A DNA stretch of 64,000 nt from Octopus bimaculoides (Eukaryota): contig NC_068987.1 in NCBI RefSeq assembly GCF_001194135.2, positions 94,618,377-94,682,376 of the forward strand. Reading direction: 5' to 3'. The number at the start of each line of letters is the position of its first letter. The stretch's first letter is position 1. Positions 37,147-50,692 of this stretch are shown piece by piece. The position numbers and the translations under genes are program-made. Under the pieces are notes generated by a model that was not told the origin of the DNA, did no database searches, and saw nothing but the letters and a program-made list of their open reading frames with translations.

Positions 37147-38629
37147 ATCTTTTTCACTCTTATCACTGTCTTCCCAATTTCTCTCCTCATCTACACCATT
37201 TTTTTCTTACCGCAGCCATTAGTACTCTCATTCAGATTACAATCCATATTTTTCTGAGACTCTGAAGCAAAATTTAATGCTAATTATTTTTTCTAGAGTA
37301 ATTTCTTAAAGATCTTTTGATCGTTAAAACACACGTACACACACACGCGCATGGTCGATATAAAGCAAAGAGAGAATATAATTTTCTCTCAAAACAATAT
37401 CTGATCTAGTCTTTTTATTTATTAATTTCTAATAAGTATTGTATTTCTATATATACATATATTCAGTTTTTTTTTTCTCTGCACTCTCTCACACACATAT
37501 GCACACACATGCAAATATATAACTTGTCTTTCATCTGATATTCATTTAATATTTAAAAAATCACAATTATCATTAATTATCTATATTTTCTTTGTCTTCA
37601 TCATTGATTTATTATCAGAAAATTATTTTATGGCTATTATTTTTGTTTTAAATTATGTTCAAGATTTTTATTGAACACCTGATAAATTTTGCATTTTACT
37701 CACTGTATATGGATGGCCAGACTCAGAATTAAAAAAAATATATATTATGTAAATTTCAAAACATTCTTACAACAGTCTCTAACATATTAAGCTTTTCCTG
37801 ATAAGGACTATATGTACTGAAACAACTTCTGTTGTAGTCTGTTTGAAATTATCACTTAAAAGTTGCACTACATGTATGTTTGTCTTTCTTTCAGCTCATA
37901 ATGCTGCTGAATTTAATACAAAATATATTGTTTAATGTGACTCGAGTACTAGTGTGGTGGTGACGGTAATAATTTGCAATAATGTAGTACCTTTTTTTGA
38001 TTGGTACCTTTGCATTTTTGGTGCATAGTGCAATAGCACTGGATAAATTTGATGCCCTTGTGCAATTATTATCATCATCATCAATGGCAACATCTTAATT
38101 ATTATGACAATCCATACTGATTGAGTGGCTGAAATTATTTTCATAAGAAAGCAATCAAATAATCTAGATGCTTAAAAAGTGATTATTTACCTAACATAGA
38201 AATTATGAGCAGTGATGAGCATTAAGAGTACTAAAATAAGAATTATCCAGAATATACCTTTTGATGGTATAGCTTCTACAAAGAGATTCCCATGTCTGTG
38301 CAACAAAAATAACCATTATTGTTATTTCGAACATTACTGATGCCAATAAATTTTATTTTATTTGTCCCATAGACTTCTAAGACTTCATGTATGCATTAAA
38401 GAAAAAAGGAGCTAATTACTTTTTGTTGATTGATTGAATCAGTAAAGGAGTAGAGAGGATATTTCATTTGGTTTTTAGTCCCATGATTTTATGGTATCTT
38501 TCAGCTTTCAGGTGATGATAAAATAAGTACTACTTATCCAAGAACTAGTGGTGGAGGGCTCAGTTAAGATCACTCTGTCACCCACAAAATTTATGTCATC
38601 TATTTAATTTGGAAAATATTATCATCATT

Positions 38630-38830
38630 AAGGGTGGTGGAGTACCCAAAACTGTACATTGCCTCTTGATTTATTCATATTCTGAATTCAAATTCTGTCA
38701 AGATTGCCTTTGTTTTCATCCCTTCAGTCAATAAAATAGGTTGCAGTAATGTGCAAAGATCTATCCAATAATCTCTATCTATTGCTTATAAATTTATGGC
38801 TTTGTTCCAAAATGGAGAAGCCAATAATAT
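38630..38830 (+). mobile_element. SINE family C, diverged
   Basis: attctgaattcaaattctgtc...tttcatcccttcag...ggctttgttccaaaatggag. Confidence 0.55.
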
Positions 38831-39319
38831 TAAAAAAAGTAGCTGCTGATGTAATAGAAATGGTAGAAGTTGGATATGAAGCTGATCAGTGTTTTCGATT
38901 TAGCACTAAAGTTGAATTATTTAATTGTACACTTCCAGATCTTTTACCATGTGCTAAACTGAGAAATAACCATTATCAGGCTACTGAATTGGCAGGATTT
39001 TTTATGCTACCAGACTATTTCATCTAGTTTCATTATTCTATATTCTAACCCCTCCGATTTCACTTGAATTTCTTTCCTGCACAAAAATTAAAGTATGTGT
39101 GAGTACCAGTAATATAAAGAACTTCTCTCTCAAATATTCCTCTTCTCTGCTTTCTGGACAGAAGTCATAATTATTTTCATCTTATTTTTTTTGGTTATGA
39201 TTTCAAGACAATCTTTTAACATTTAAATATTTTGATTGCCCTAAAGTTTGTAAATATACAAAAAAAAAATCTGAGCTTCTTTTCTTGTCAGACTTGTATA
39301 GCGTTCTGCCGAATGAGGT

Positions 39320-39600
39320 GGTAGAATCATCAGAGCTTTGGACTAGAAGCTTAGTGGCATTTCTTCTGGTTCTTTATATTCTAAGCTCAAAATCTTGCCA
39401 ACTTTGCCTCTCATCCTTTTCAGGGGCCAATAAAAGTACCAGTCATTTACTGGAGACAATGTATTTCACTAACACTACTCCATCTAAAATTCCTAACTTT
39501 GTGTCAAAAGTTGAAACACTTTTTCTTTTTTATCTCCACCTCCCCCTGCATTTTCAAACTTATGGACTTGTGTCCAGTAGTAGCAAACATTATCATTGTT
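39320..39600 (+). mobile_element. SINE family C, diverged
   Basis: ggtagaatcatcagagc...ctttgcctctcatcctttt...aagtaccag...tgtgtcaaaagttgaaac. Confidence 0.6.
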
Positions 39601-39654
39601 CAAATTCCATAAAATGTCGTCATCATAATCATCATCATAATCATCATCATAATC

Positions 39655-39900
39655 ATTATCATCATCTTTTAACGTCCCTCTTTCATGTTTGCATGGATTA
39701 TTTCGTTTGACAGGATCTGGCAGGTTTGAGGACTGTACTGTGCTCCAATGTCTGCTTCAGTGTGGTTTCTACGACTGAATGCCTTTCTTAATGCCAACTG
39801 TTTTACAGAGTCTAAAGGTGTTGTTTACATTGCACCAACACTAGTGAGGTTACCATGTAGCTCACAAGACTAGCAACCTTTTGACTGAGTGATGCTACAG
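39655..39900 (-). mobile_element. SINE family B, diverged
   Basis: catcatcttttaacgtcc...ctgaatgcctttcttaatgccaac. Confidence 0.7.
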
Positions 39901-42414
39901 TAGAGAGGAAGGCACATTATGGAAGAATAGACAAGGGTAATTGGAAATAAAAATGCTTAGAAGAGAATGTGACTGTCTACCATTTTTAAGTTCCCCAAAC
40001 TGTCCATTTGTTACTATTTGTATTCAAATCTTGACATAAATTGTGTTACTTTGTTGTAAAGGGATTTCATAAGATAACATTTGTTGTACAACATCCAATA
40101 TTACTATAAGATGCATTTTGATGACTTCCTTTTCCTATGTACTCGTTACATAGTAGGGCCCCTGTAATTTGACCATACCCTTCTATAATTCCATACCTTT
40201 CATTAATTTAGAATATTATCATCATAAGTATCATTATTGCTAATATGTTAGCTCTAGTATTTGCAGTTTATTTCTTTTTATCATTCACTCCATTTTCTTG
40301 TATTTCTATAGTTACATATTTATCTACTTATATTCTTCTATGTATCTCTTCTATTTCTCTTAATAAAGCAATATTTTCTTTCCAAAAGACTGAAAGAGCA
40401 ATTCTTTTTGAAAACAAACACCCTCTTCACATGAAATACTCAAATGCAATTACTTAAAAATAAAATTGTTTTATCGAAAACTGCTATCACTGTCAGTTGG
40501 GAATAGATAGCATCAAAATAAATGTAAATCGCTTCTCTGATTTCTTTCACACATGTGCGCACACACACGTGCACACATACACGCACAAACACACACACAC
40601 ATACATACACACACACTCTCTCTCTCTCTCTCTTTCCCCCATTTACGTCTCCATCTCAAACTCACAACTTTAATTTGTAGATCTATGATCAGTGAACTCC
40701 CATCTTATAGATCTATCATCAAACTAAAAATAAGTCCCATTACATAGTTTAGATCATCTAATATATCATCAATCATAGAAGTTCAATACATCGATATATC
40801 TTATACCAAACATAAGCAGTTCAATACTTCTTTCATTAAGCATAGAACATCATAGAACCCATTTATCAGATCTATCTTTCATGAAACATAGAAATTCAAT
40901 GCATATCTCTTTATAGCATCATGTGTATGAAAAGCTTACACATAGATCTATCTTTCATTTGGTCTTATCTGTTTATCGATTTCTCTAACTACCTATCTAT
41001 CTATCATAAATTATGTGCTCAATACATAGATCATTTATCAAACATATAACTACCGTAGTTTGTCCAATATATATGAAACTTAGAATTTCTGTTGACGTTA
41101 TCTCTTCCTCATCAAACATCCCAGCACTCACCACTAAACAGACCTATCTCAGCAAATACCAAGCTTATTTATTTAGAAGTTGTTTATCATTGAAAAATCA
41201 TTTTTAATACATACATTACCAAAATTTAAAATATCAACATGCAAGATCTATCTTTTACTCTGTAATCCTTGTAAATAGCTAAATTTAGCCACGATACAAT
41301 TACTGATACTCGTTGAATGAAACTGGTCATTCTTTGGCTTGCAAGACATTTCTTTCTAAATCTCAAGTGAAATTATAATTTAATCATTTGTTTATGTCAA
41401 ATTCCATTGTAATTATGAATGCTTTTGTGGTTTTAAACCGAGGAATATTAAAATCTACCTATTCAAATTTGTTTATCTTTTATTCAATCATTTGGCAACA
41501 GCAGCACACTGCTCCTCACCCTTTAATTCAAACCTCACTCAATACACAGATCAAGCTATTGTGTAAATGTTTTGTACTCTCACTATAAATTCTGCTTTCC
41601 ACTCCTCAGAACTTATAGCACAAAAATGCATTATGCATTGCCCAGATGAATGCAATAATGTTGCACGACAACTGGAACAAAACTAAGGAAAAAGAAAATA
41701 TTCTCATATTTTGTAGAAGGCAAGGCTGTTTGCATGAATGAATTCTTCTGTTCTTCTCTTTCCTCATTCACTATCTCTTCCCTGTCAACTTCTCTTCATC
41801 TATCTCACGATATCTCTTTTCTTTGTCTTTCTTTCTTTCTTTCTTTCTTTTTTTTTTTTTGTCTTAGAGATATCACTCACTGACTTTGATACTTTTCTCT
41901 ATATGAAGACCACTTCAAGCTGATATGATCACCAATTCCATTGAGCCTTTCATAACACTTGTGGAATGGTTTGAGTTGATTTCCAGCACTGACAGACATG
42001 GTTCATGAATCACCCTTTTCTGCTTCCTCACTTGAGCCATTTATTCAGTCACTCATTTCTTGATGTAATCCTCTCACTCATTAATCCTCCACTAAATACA
42101 TATTCATTCACTCCAGCAGTTCATTTCACTTAATCCATGCATCCATTGGCTGGTCGTTCCAAATATAACATCACAACCTCTCTCCACCAATCAAAATTTT
42201 TGGTATTTCGCTATTTCTGCTGACCCTGTCATACTCTGTCAAAGTTACTCTGTCAGCATTTTAAAATTTCAACCTGTGAAACAATACACCACACAAATTA
42301 TATGAGCATTTTTGTTTAAACATATTATATATGCACATAACATTTATTTCTGTGCATGTACATGTATATACATTTTCCTTTTTACACATGTATGTGCACA
42401 TGCACTTGATTGAA

Positions 42415-42545
42415 ACACACACAGTTTCTCTCTCTCTCACATACACACACAAGCTTCACACACACACACACACACGCACAAACTTCACACACACACACAC
42501 ACACACAAGCTTCACGCAAACACACACATGATTCACACAAACACA

Positions 42546-42584
<39 letters not shown>

Positions 42585-42650
42585 ACACACACACACACAC
42601 ACAGACTTCACACACAAACACACACAAACTTCACACACACACTTCACTCT
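42415..42650 (+). repeat. Compound (CA)n minisatellite with recurring (A/G)CTT interruptions
   Basis: Units such as caagcttcacaca, caaacttcacaca and cagacttcacaca repeat across about 230 nt. Confidence 0.9.
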
Positions 42651-42866
42651 CGAATCCCATTATTTATTAGCTGTGTCCAAAAATGTTAGCATGCACAAGT
42701 GTGGGTGTAAAGTGTAATTTGAACTTGGATGTATGCGAGGAGTGCTTCTATACTTCTTGTACTTGAACATATGCGAGCTTGTTTGTGTGTGTGAGTATAT
42801 GTTTGCATGTGTGTAAAAAAGAGGGAATTGTTCACTATAAAATTATTTGTTCCTTCTTACCCCCAG

Positions 42867-43232
42867 GCTGGCCAGCCGGCGCAGCACCTCCTTCTGTTAT
42901 GGCTTATGGGGCCTGCCCACTGCAACAGTGCAATGCAGACCAGAGTCCAACAATGGCACCAGATGATATGGCCGACTTCTATAACTATGCAAGCGCTGGG
43001 TCAGACGGTGACATCGAGACAGACTACGGCATATCTTCCTCACACCCCCGGTTCAGTCACCGGCAAAAATCAACTAACGCATCCCACCACCATATAGACT
43101 CTGAGAGTTCGTCTCTCTCCTCTTCAGCTGGCCTTGCTAGTAGCCACTTGAAAGACGCAAATGTCTGCGCGAAACTCTCTGATTCAGACGGCACCGATCA
43201 AGAAACTGCTACCATACATTACGGCCATGCAG
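42867..43232 (+). CDS. Ten-m: Teneurin coding exon 2 (366 nt, phase 1-1)
   Basis: Acceptor tccttcttacccccAG, donor G|GTAAAA at 43233. YASAGSDGDIETDYGISSSHP and SSSLSS...KLSDSDG resemble recalled vertebrate teneurin motifs [21 protein letters not shown] and SSGLSSRENSALTLTDSD. GC and CpG are higher than in the flanks. Confidence 0.9.
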
Positions 43233-43899
43233 GTAAAAAAAAAATATGAAAAAAAGAATAATAAATTTCTAAAAATTAATCTAAAATTTAAAAAAATAAT
43301 TTTTAAAAGATTGAAAAATAAAAGTAAACAAAAAATATGTAATTAAGACATAAAAATTGTTTTCAAAGGTTACTACTACTACTGCTACTACTGCTGCTGC
43401 AGCTGCTGCAGCTGCTCCTACTAACACTAACCAACTCCCATCCCACATCAAATAGCTTGTCCATCTATGCTTGCTCAATCTAAGCTATTAATGAAGGATT
43501 TACTGTGCATGGGGGAAATGAGCCATTGTGTATTCTTTGCATGCTAAGTGCATGTATGTATATGCTGCAGATGTGCACATGCATGCACATACTGACAGAC
43601 AGACAGACACATACACACACTACTTCTGCAAGTACAATTACATATCCCCCCCATTTTTTACTGCAATAAGTAATGCATCTACAGCAGATTAGTTGCTGCC
43701 CCATGGTATTTCCATGACTACTTCACCTCTTAATATTGATGCTGAAATGCTCCATGTTATTTTTGCTTCCAAGACTACTCCTCTGCTTATTACTTACTCC
43801 TACTGCCCTTATTAATTCTGCTCCCTAGTGCTGATGATACAACTACTTCTGTTCCCTCTACTCTTCCTACTACTATCACATGTGCATTGACAGAATCAT

Positions 43900-44325
43900 T
43901 GCATCATGGCATGAAGATGCCTGTCCAAATTCTTTATGTTCTCAGTTCAAATTCAGCTTTGATTGCTTGGCGGGGATCAATTTTCAAGGTCAGTAAAATA
44001 AAGTACCAATGAAGCACCACGACTGATTATCCCTTAAACCCTTAAAATATAAAGTTATCATAATCTGTTTGTGGAAATCAATATTACTAGGGCTATAAGG
44101 CAGTGAGGAGTTAGCAGAAACATTAACACGCTGGGCAAAATGCTTAGCAGTATTTCGTCTGTCTTTATGTTCTGAGTTTAAATTCTGCCAAGGTCGATTT
44201 TTGCCTTTCATCCTTTTGGTGTCGATAAATTAAGTACCAGTTGCGTACTGGGGTCGATCTAATCAACTGGACCCCCTCCCCCAAAATTTCGGGCCTTGTG
44301 CCTAGAGTAGAAAAGAATATTAGTA
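43900..44325 (+). mobile_element. Two tandem SINE family C copies (old about 43900-44090; young 44096-44325)
   Basis: Young copy: aaggcagtgaggagttagcagaa...ggggtcgatctaatc...ggccttgtgcctagagtagaaaag. Confidence 0.85.
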
Positions 44326-44483
44326 GAGCTATAACAAACGCTTTTGTTACAACCTCTTGCATGGTCTTAGAAATATTTTTCACAGTATTTGAATCCCAGA
44401 AATGTTCTTGTTGGTGTTGTTGATGCAGCTAGAATCTAGTGTCTGTGGCTGCAACCAAACAATCTGTTTTTCAACCCAACATA

Positions 44484-44518
<35 letters not shown>

Positions 44519-45021
44519 AACTAGTCTGTTTCATCCTACTAGAAAAATAATCTAAAATCTCTCCCTGATTACATGCCACCATCTGGCAATGGGAAGGCCA
44601 CACTGAATAATGTAGTTCTTTATATACAGTGGCTAACAGAAGAATTAGAATGGTCATGGTTGGAGTTCCTTTGACGACAGACCTACTCAAGCAGGGCAAT
44701 GTTAAAAAATGAATCAAATGGAAATGATTAGGGATTTGCCTCATCTTGCAAAATTAATAACAAAATGACTTCTCTCGGTTAGGACAGTCTTACCATTGTC
44801 AACAGGAACACCACAGATAGTCTGAGATGAGCTGAAAAAAAGACAAAGAAAAAAAGAAAAGAAAAAGATATATAGTGATAGAACAACTTTGATCATTGAC
44901 CTACTTGATCAGTGCTGACCTGGGTTAAACAATAACAAAACAAGCATAACTGCAACAATGTTTGCAAATGCTGCTGCTACTACTACTATTACTGCTATTA
45001 CTACTGCTTCCACTGCTGCCG

Positions 45022-45060
<39 letters not shown>

Positions 45061-46954
45061 TGTTATTTTTGTTTTGGTTATTTGAATTTGTGTCAATAAT
45101 AATAACATGCATAACTATATGTTTACCTTCACCACTACCAATAATAATAAGAAGAAGAATGACAACCCTACCATTCATATGACTGCTTGTAATAGCAACA
45201 GTCTTCACAAACTCATTAATAACAATACCAATCAATAACTAACACCAATTATTATACTGACAACATCACTGCAAACAATAACCAGTCTTATCACATGTCT
45301 GCATCCATCGTCAGCACCACTAATACGCTACCTAACTGCTTCAAGTTCCTCCACTTGTTTCTGATGCCTGGATTTCTTGTACAATTGTCATTATTTCTCA
45401 TGTATCGAGGCTGATTCTCAAATGATCTGCTATTTATTTTTGACAATCACATGAATGAAGGTTTGTAGAATCTGCTGCACTGGTCAAATACTCAGATACA
45501 CTTACAGTGGATTCAAACTACAGGCCCTTAGGCTAGTTGTCTAATGCCATATCTAATCATCCATTTAATTAGTTAATTTTCAGATTACAAGTTTTTAAGG
45601 ATGATAAGTCTCATGATAAACCATCAGCTTAATTCATAGAGGAAGACCATTGCCTCAAATTGAATTCTGACTGACAATTATATGCCAGCAGGGAGCATCT
45701 ACATAAACCCTCAAATTGCTAGAAATGGAACCCTAATCTCTCTATTATTACACTCTATAATCAGTTGAATGGTAAAATTTTCCTCCGCAAAATGTCCATC
45801 ATATTTCTAAAAATATTATATAAAACAATTGGTGTGGCATGCTTTTAGGCTCAGAGCTCAGAATCAGAGTATCCAAAGCATAACGATGCCATGACTTTAT
45901 GCCTGGATAGGAACTGCTAGATAGGTTGAGAGTTGACAAATCCTTTTCTCACTCAACACTTATCAAAATAAAAACCTTTAGCATTTTGACAGGCCACATC
46001 AGTCCTAATATTTTACCTGTTTATGTCCAAACTGGCCAGATCTGGCCTCTTACACTTACCCTACAATGTCATTCTAAAAATAAACAATCATATCATCAAT
46101 TGATCTGAAACACTGCAAATAATTAAGCATCATGGTTGACGGATTAATCTGAATGCTAAAAAATGAAGTGCTAAATTTTTGAACAGCAAACCTATATAAA
46201 AGATGGAGTGTTAGCACAGAATCAGGTGGTGAAGTTTTCTGTCCTAACCTACAAAGTGAACATTTTATATGAACTTCTCCAGAGTTACACAAAGCTGGTC
46301 TCATACAAACAGCAGCAACAGCCCTTCATTGTGACTAAGATAAAAAGCATAAAGTGAAGTTATCAGTCAATTGGTGCACATGACAAAGACACCATAATTG
46401 CAACTGAATTAGGAAGCGATAGAGCTTGTAAATTCAAGAGAGTTAAAGTATGCTCCAGGGAGTCTGTTGATTCTCAAAACTGTCTAAATCAGTTTGGCTA
46501 CAATATTATGCAATATAAGCTACTTAAATCAATAAACGACATCAGCAGCAATCAGCTTAAAATGCTTTAACAAAATTAAGCAATGGGAACTTGAAGGAAT
46601 AATAATAAGAAGAAGAATCTATCTACAAATATAAAGCACATAAACAATACCCACACTAAGTATCACTATCATTACATACTGAACTTAAAAACAACACAAA
46701 CACACCAACAAACAGGCAACTCTATTTACAAGTACAGCAAATTCTTTTGCAAGCAGTTATTTCATTAGAAATGTATCTTATTTCTTCTTCTAAAGTTTTG
46801 ACCACTGGCAATCTTTTGTTCATATTTGGTTGTAAATTGCCTTCTTGATTAGTTAAGTAATTGTTTGATTTTAACTGTTTTACTATATTTTTTTATTTTT
46901 AATTTTATTTGATTTTTTATTTTATTAATTGATCTTATTCTTAGTTTATTCTCT

Positions 46955-47110
46955 TTTCGTTCTTTCTCTTCTCCTCCTCCTCCTCCTCCTTCTTTCTCTT
47001 CTTTTCCTCCTCTTCCTTTCTCTTCTTTTCTTCCTCCTCCTCCTTCTTCGTTCTCTTCTTTTCCCCTCCTCCTTCCTCCTCCTTTCTCTTCTTTTCCTCC
47101 TCCTCCTTCC
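46955..47110 (+). repeat. Polypyrimidine/polypurine compound repeat
   Basis: About 155 nt almost only C/T, with tttctcttcttttcctcctc-like units about 4 times. Confidence 0.9.
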
Positions 47111-47913
47111 ACCGTTATGACATTAATACTCACACCAATGAGTATTAAATTCTACAAACTTCCATGCAACCACACCCATTGCCATTGTCACCACCATTAA
47201 CAATAACAACAACAATACCTTCAACAGTTAATTACTTCCTCCTAACTGAAACCATAAAAAACAAAAAACAAAAGCAACTAATGGGCCTCTTCATAGTTGG
47301 TTGAAATACTAGAAATAACAGTCAAGTGTCACCTTGTTCTCTTAAAAAGATAAGGATATATTAGATGAGGTAGTTCTTGGCGTACAAGAAAAAAGGAAAA
47401 AAAGAAAAATTGCGATTGTCATTGCTAACACCTTTTGATCCTAGTTTGCTGCATTTGGGTTAGCTTGGGGTTGAACAACAAAAGCAACAGCATAAAAACA
47501 TAAGCTCTGTTTCTTTTTGACTCCAGTACATTTGAATAGCATTTATACCAGTATTCGAACAAAGTAATTATTATTCAAAGCAGCCAATTCCAGGAAGCAT
47601 CACAAAATGATCTGATGTATTGTCCACTGTCTATGACCAGCACAAAGCATCAAATGAAAATTGGCTTGTGGATAATGTACATTTCAATCCAAATGACCAT
47701 GAGATTAAGGTACTGCTGACCACTCAGTCATATACAGTTTCAAATCATTTAGCTACCATTGATTTGTGTCTAAGGCACTTGATTCTGCTTGCACTGATTT
47801 ATCTGAAGGTAAAACAAAAAGGTGAGGCCATTCCATTGATTATCCTAAATGACTCTGTTGTCACCATGATAACATTTATTGTAATCTTTGAGAGATGTAA
47901 GTTGGGCAGGCCA

Positions 47914-47953
<40 letters not shown>

Positions 47954-48621
47954 CACTATTTACATGACTGAAGAAAAATAATTTCTTTCTTTCTTTGCAG
48001 TTGTGTATTTAACTGTAGGAAGGGGATCCAACATATAAAGAAAGCATGCGTGCAAAACTGGACATAAAATAATATTTAATTTTAAAATATCATACTTTGG
48101 TTTTATAGACTCATAAAAACTGGAAATTACTCCCTTTTAAGATGAAATATTGACATGTTTTGCAGCCCAAAATATACTTGGGTGGATACTTGTTACATAC
48201 ACAGCTACATTTAAGTTCTTCACTTAAATAAGAGTTTTAATGCTTTTCTTCACTCCTGTTGATTTTTAAAAATCTACAATTAAGTCAAGTGTACAACAAA
48301 GGGTTCAGAATGTTAGTCATTGCGCTGTGCAGTGTTAATAACAACTCAACCAGTATTTAATAAATATTTAGAACAATCAAGAAATAATTAAAAAGAGTCA
48401 ATAAATGACTGAGGAAATAGAATAACAGTGAACCTATCGTTAATTAGTTGAAATACAATAAATCAAATTATAAATTCTAAGACTTGTTTTAAATATTTGC
48501 TCTTTTTGGGAGACTAACAATAACAACAACAGTAATAATAACAAAACAGTCCTTGAAATTGGGTAAAAAGAGGACAATTGCATCTATTATACAGCCCCTG
48601 CTTTTTGATTGTGTTTTCTTT

Positions 48622-48683
<62 letters not shown>

Positions 48684-49619
48684 TAGTTGAATATTTTTAG
48701 ATTTCCAGGTTTTAAAAAATCTTTTTAGATTTTGGTTTCTGTGGTGATCCATGTATGCATTAATGCATACATGTACACACACACACATACACGCATGCAT
48801 GCATGCATATATATACATACATAGATACATACATACATGTACACATATACATATATACACACATACATATGTGCATGCACGCGCACACACACACACACAC
48901 ACACATACACACATTCATACATGCATGCATACACACTTACAAACATCCCTACACACACACAAAATGATTACTATTTATTGTGTAGCTTGTAGAGTGCTTA
49001 GTTGTGTAGTAAAAGAATGCGTAGAAGGGCTTCCAGATGTGTAAATATAAAAAAAAAAAAGAACCCAAAAAACCCTAAGTCCAGCAAACAAAAATTATTG
49101 TTTTAAATGGTTTGTTTGGAACAGAATGGAATGGCATTATATTAGATGTTGATATTTGTGGTTTCTTTATTGATATTTGTTTATGCACAAGTTTTTTTTG
49201 TTCATTATTGTTTTCATTATTATTATGTAAAGCATATAGAAGAAGTGTAGTGGAATTGGCCAGATCAGAAGGGTGTGTCTAGAGTTGAAATAATTTCCAG
49301 TGATATATTGACATGGTGGTGGAGACAAGGTTCTCAACTCAACTGATCCAATTAAATAGACAACTCATTTGCTTTTAGCTATTAGCCTTCAACCTTATTC
49401 TATGTATAAATTTCTGATGCTTTTGTGTTTTTTTTTAAATTACTTAACATAATAAGATCGGCACTGACCATGGCCATTGAAGTCCTAAGCATGTTATTAT
49501 AACATAAAATGTGTCTTGGGGTTTTCAAACTTGGTGGAGCCATCCTTGTCAACATTTAACTAGCATCAATTTCTTCCAGAGGAAGGAGAAGAACCACCCC
49601 GTAGCACTTGAATGATCAG

Positions 49620-49740
49620 TCCTGACAGTTGAAAGCAAAGCTAACTTCAGCAGGATTTGAACTCAGAAAGCATAGTATTAAAGCAAATACCACAAAATAT
49701 TCTATCCAATGACTCTGCCAATCAACCACATTAGTATATT
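49620..49740 (-). mobile_element. SINE family C 5' fragment
   Basis: Reverse complement has ttctgagttcaaatcctgctgaagttagctttgctttc. Confidence 0.55.
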
Positions 49741-50642
49741 GTGGCCAACTGATCTAATTAAGCATATAACTCAATTTCTTTTAGTAATTAGTCAAGAGCT
49801 TTATTCCTATGTTCTGATATGTTTTACAATTACACAATACAGAAAAGATGAACACTAACCATAGCCATTGGAGGTTTTTGTAAGGCATGTGCAGTTGATA
49901 CTTAAATATGTTTAGTTGATAAGGATAAGTAACAAAGAACTTGCAAAAGATGATGATTCTAGGACTTGGTGTACTGAAGATGTCATCTAGTTCAATTCCC
50001 CGGTGAAAAAGCCATATCACCATAAATAACATGGGGAAAATTTCAGAATGTAATGATTGTATTCTTCATTCCCCACTAAGTAACAGATTGTTGTATGTTT
50101 GATAAAAAGAAAAAAGTCCTTTATACCTGATGATTGGGCAGCAGAATGGTAGAAATGTTGAAGAGAGTTGCGCTAAATACAATGACAACTTTGTCTTACT
50201 CGTGAACATCATTTGAAACCCCAGCAGAGCTGATGCTAACTTCCCATCTGTCTACGAATGTATGGCCATGTTCAATGATTGAATTAGTGCAATGGAAGTC
50301 TCTGAACTTTAGCACATGCAAAGAAGGAAGTTGTGAATTAGTAGAATAATACAGTAAGTAGTAAGACCCACTGGCCAGATTGTTTAGGACTTTCATAATT
50401 GGTAGCTTTATTGGATTAAAATCTCCATGGTCGCCTACATCTTCTTCCTATCAAAACTCAAGAAATGTCACATGTACTTTGGGTCAAGTCATTTACTATT
50501 GAAATCCCAAATTAGTCTTAGAAATAAAGAGCATAATTTGTGGCAAAACATTTTTGTTAAGTAACATGGTTTGATGCTGCTTATCAAATCAAGGAATTAA
50601 AAAATTCCCTCCCTTCTCTATGGCCATTGCATCATCATCATC

Positions 50643-50692
<50 letters not shown>

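Noticed and set aside
42807-43097. 96-aa ORF overlapping exon 2 in another frame (also 61077-61349 and 61023-61319 over exon 3)
   Set aside because: Shadow frames of GC-richer exons; phases do not fit and no motifs.
43535-43590. Cluster of TGCATG (Rbfox) motifs downstream of exon 2, and others near 4289 and 42804
   Set aside because: TGCATG is generated constantly by mixed TG/CA microsatellites in this genome, so enrichment cannot be claimed.
47980-48040. Strong acceptor tttctttctttctttgcAG (also 18350-18375)
   Set aside because: Phase-1 frames hit stops before any good donor.
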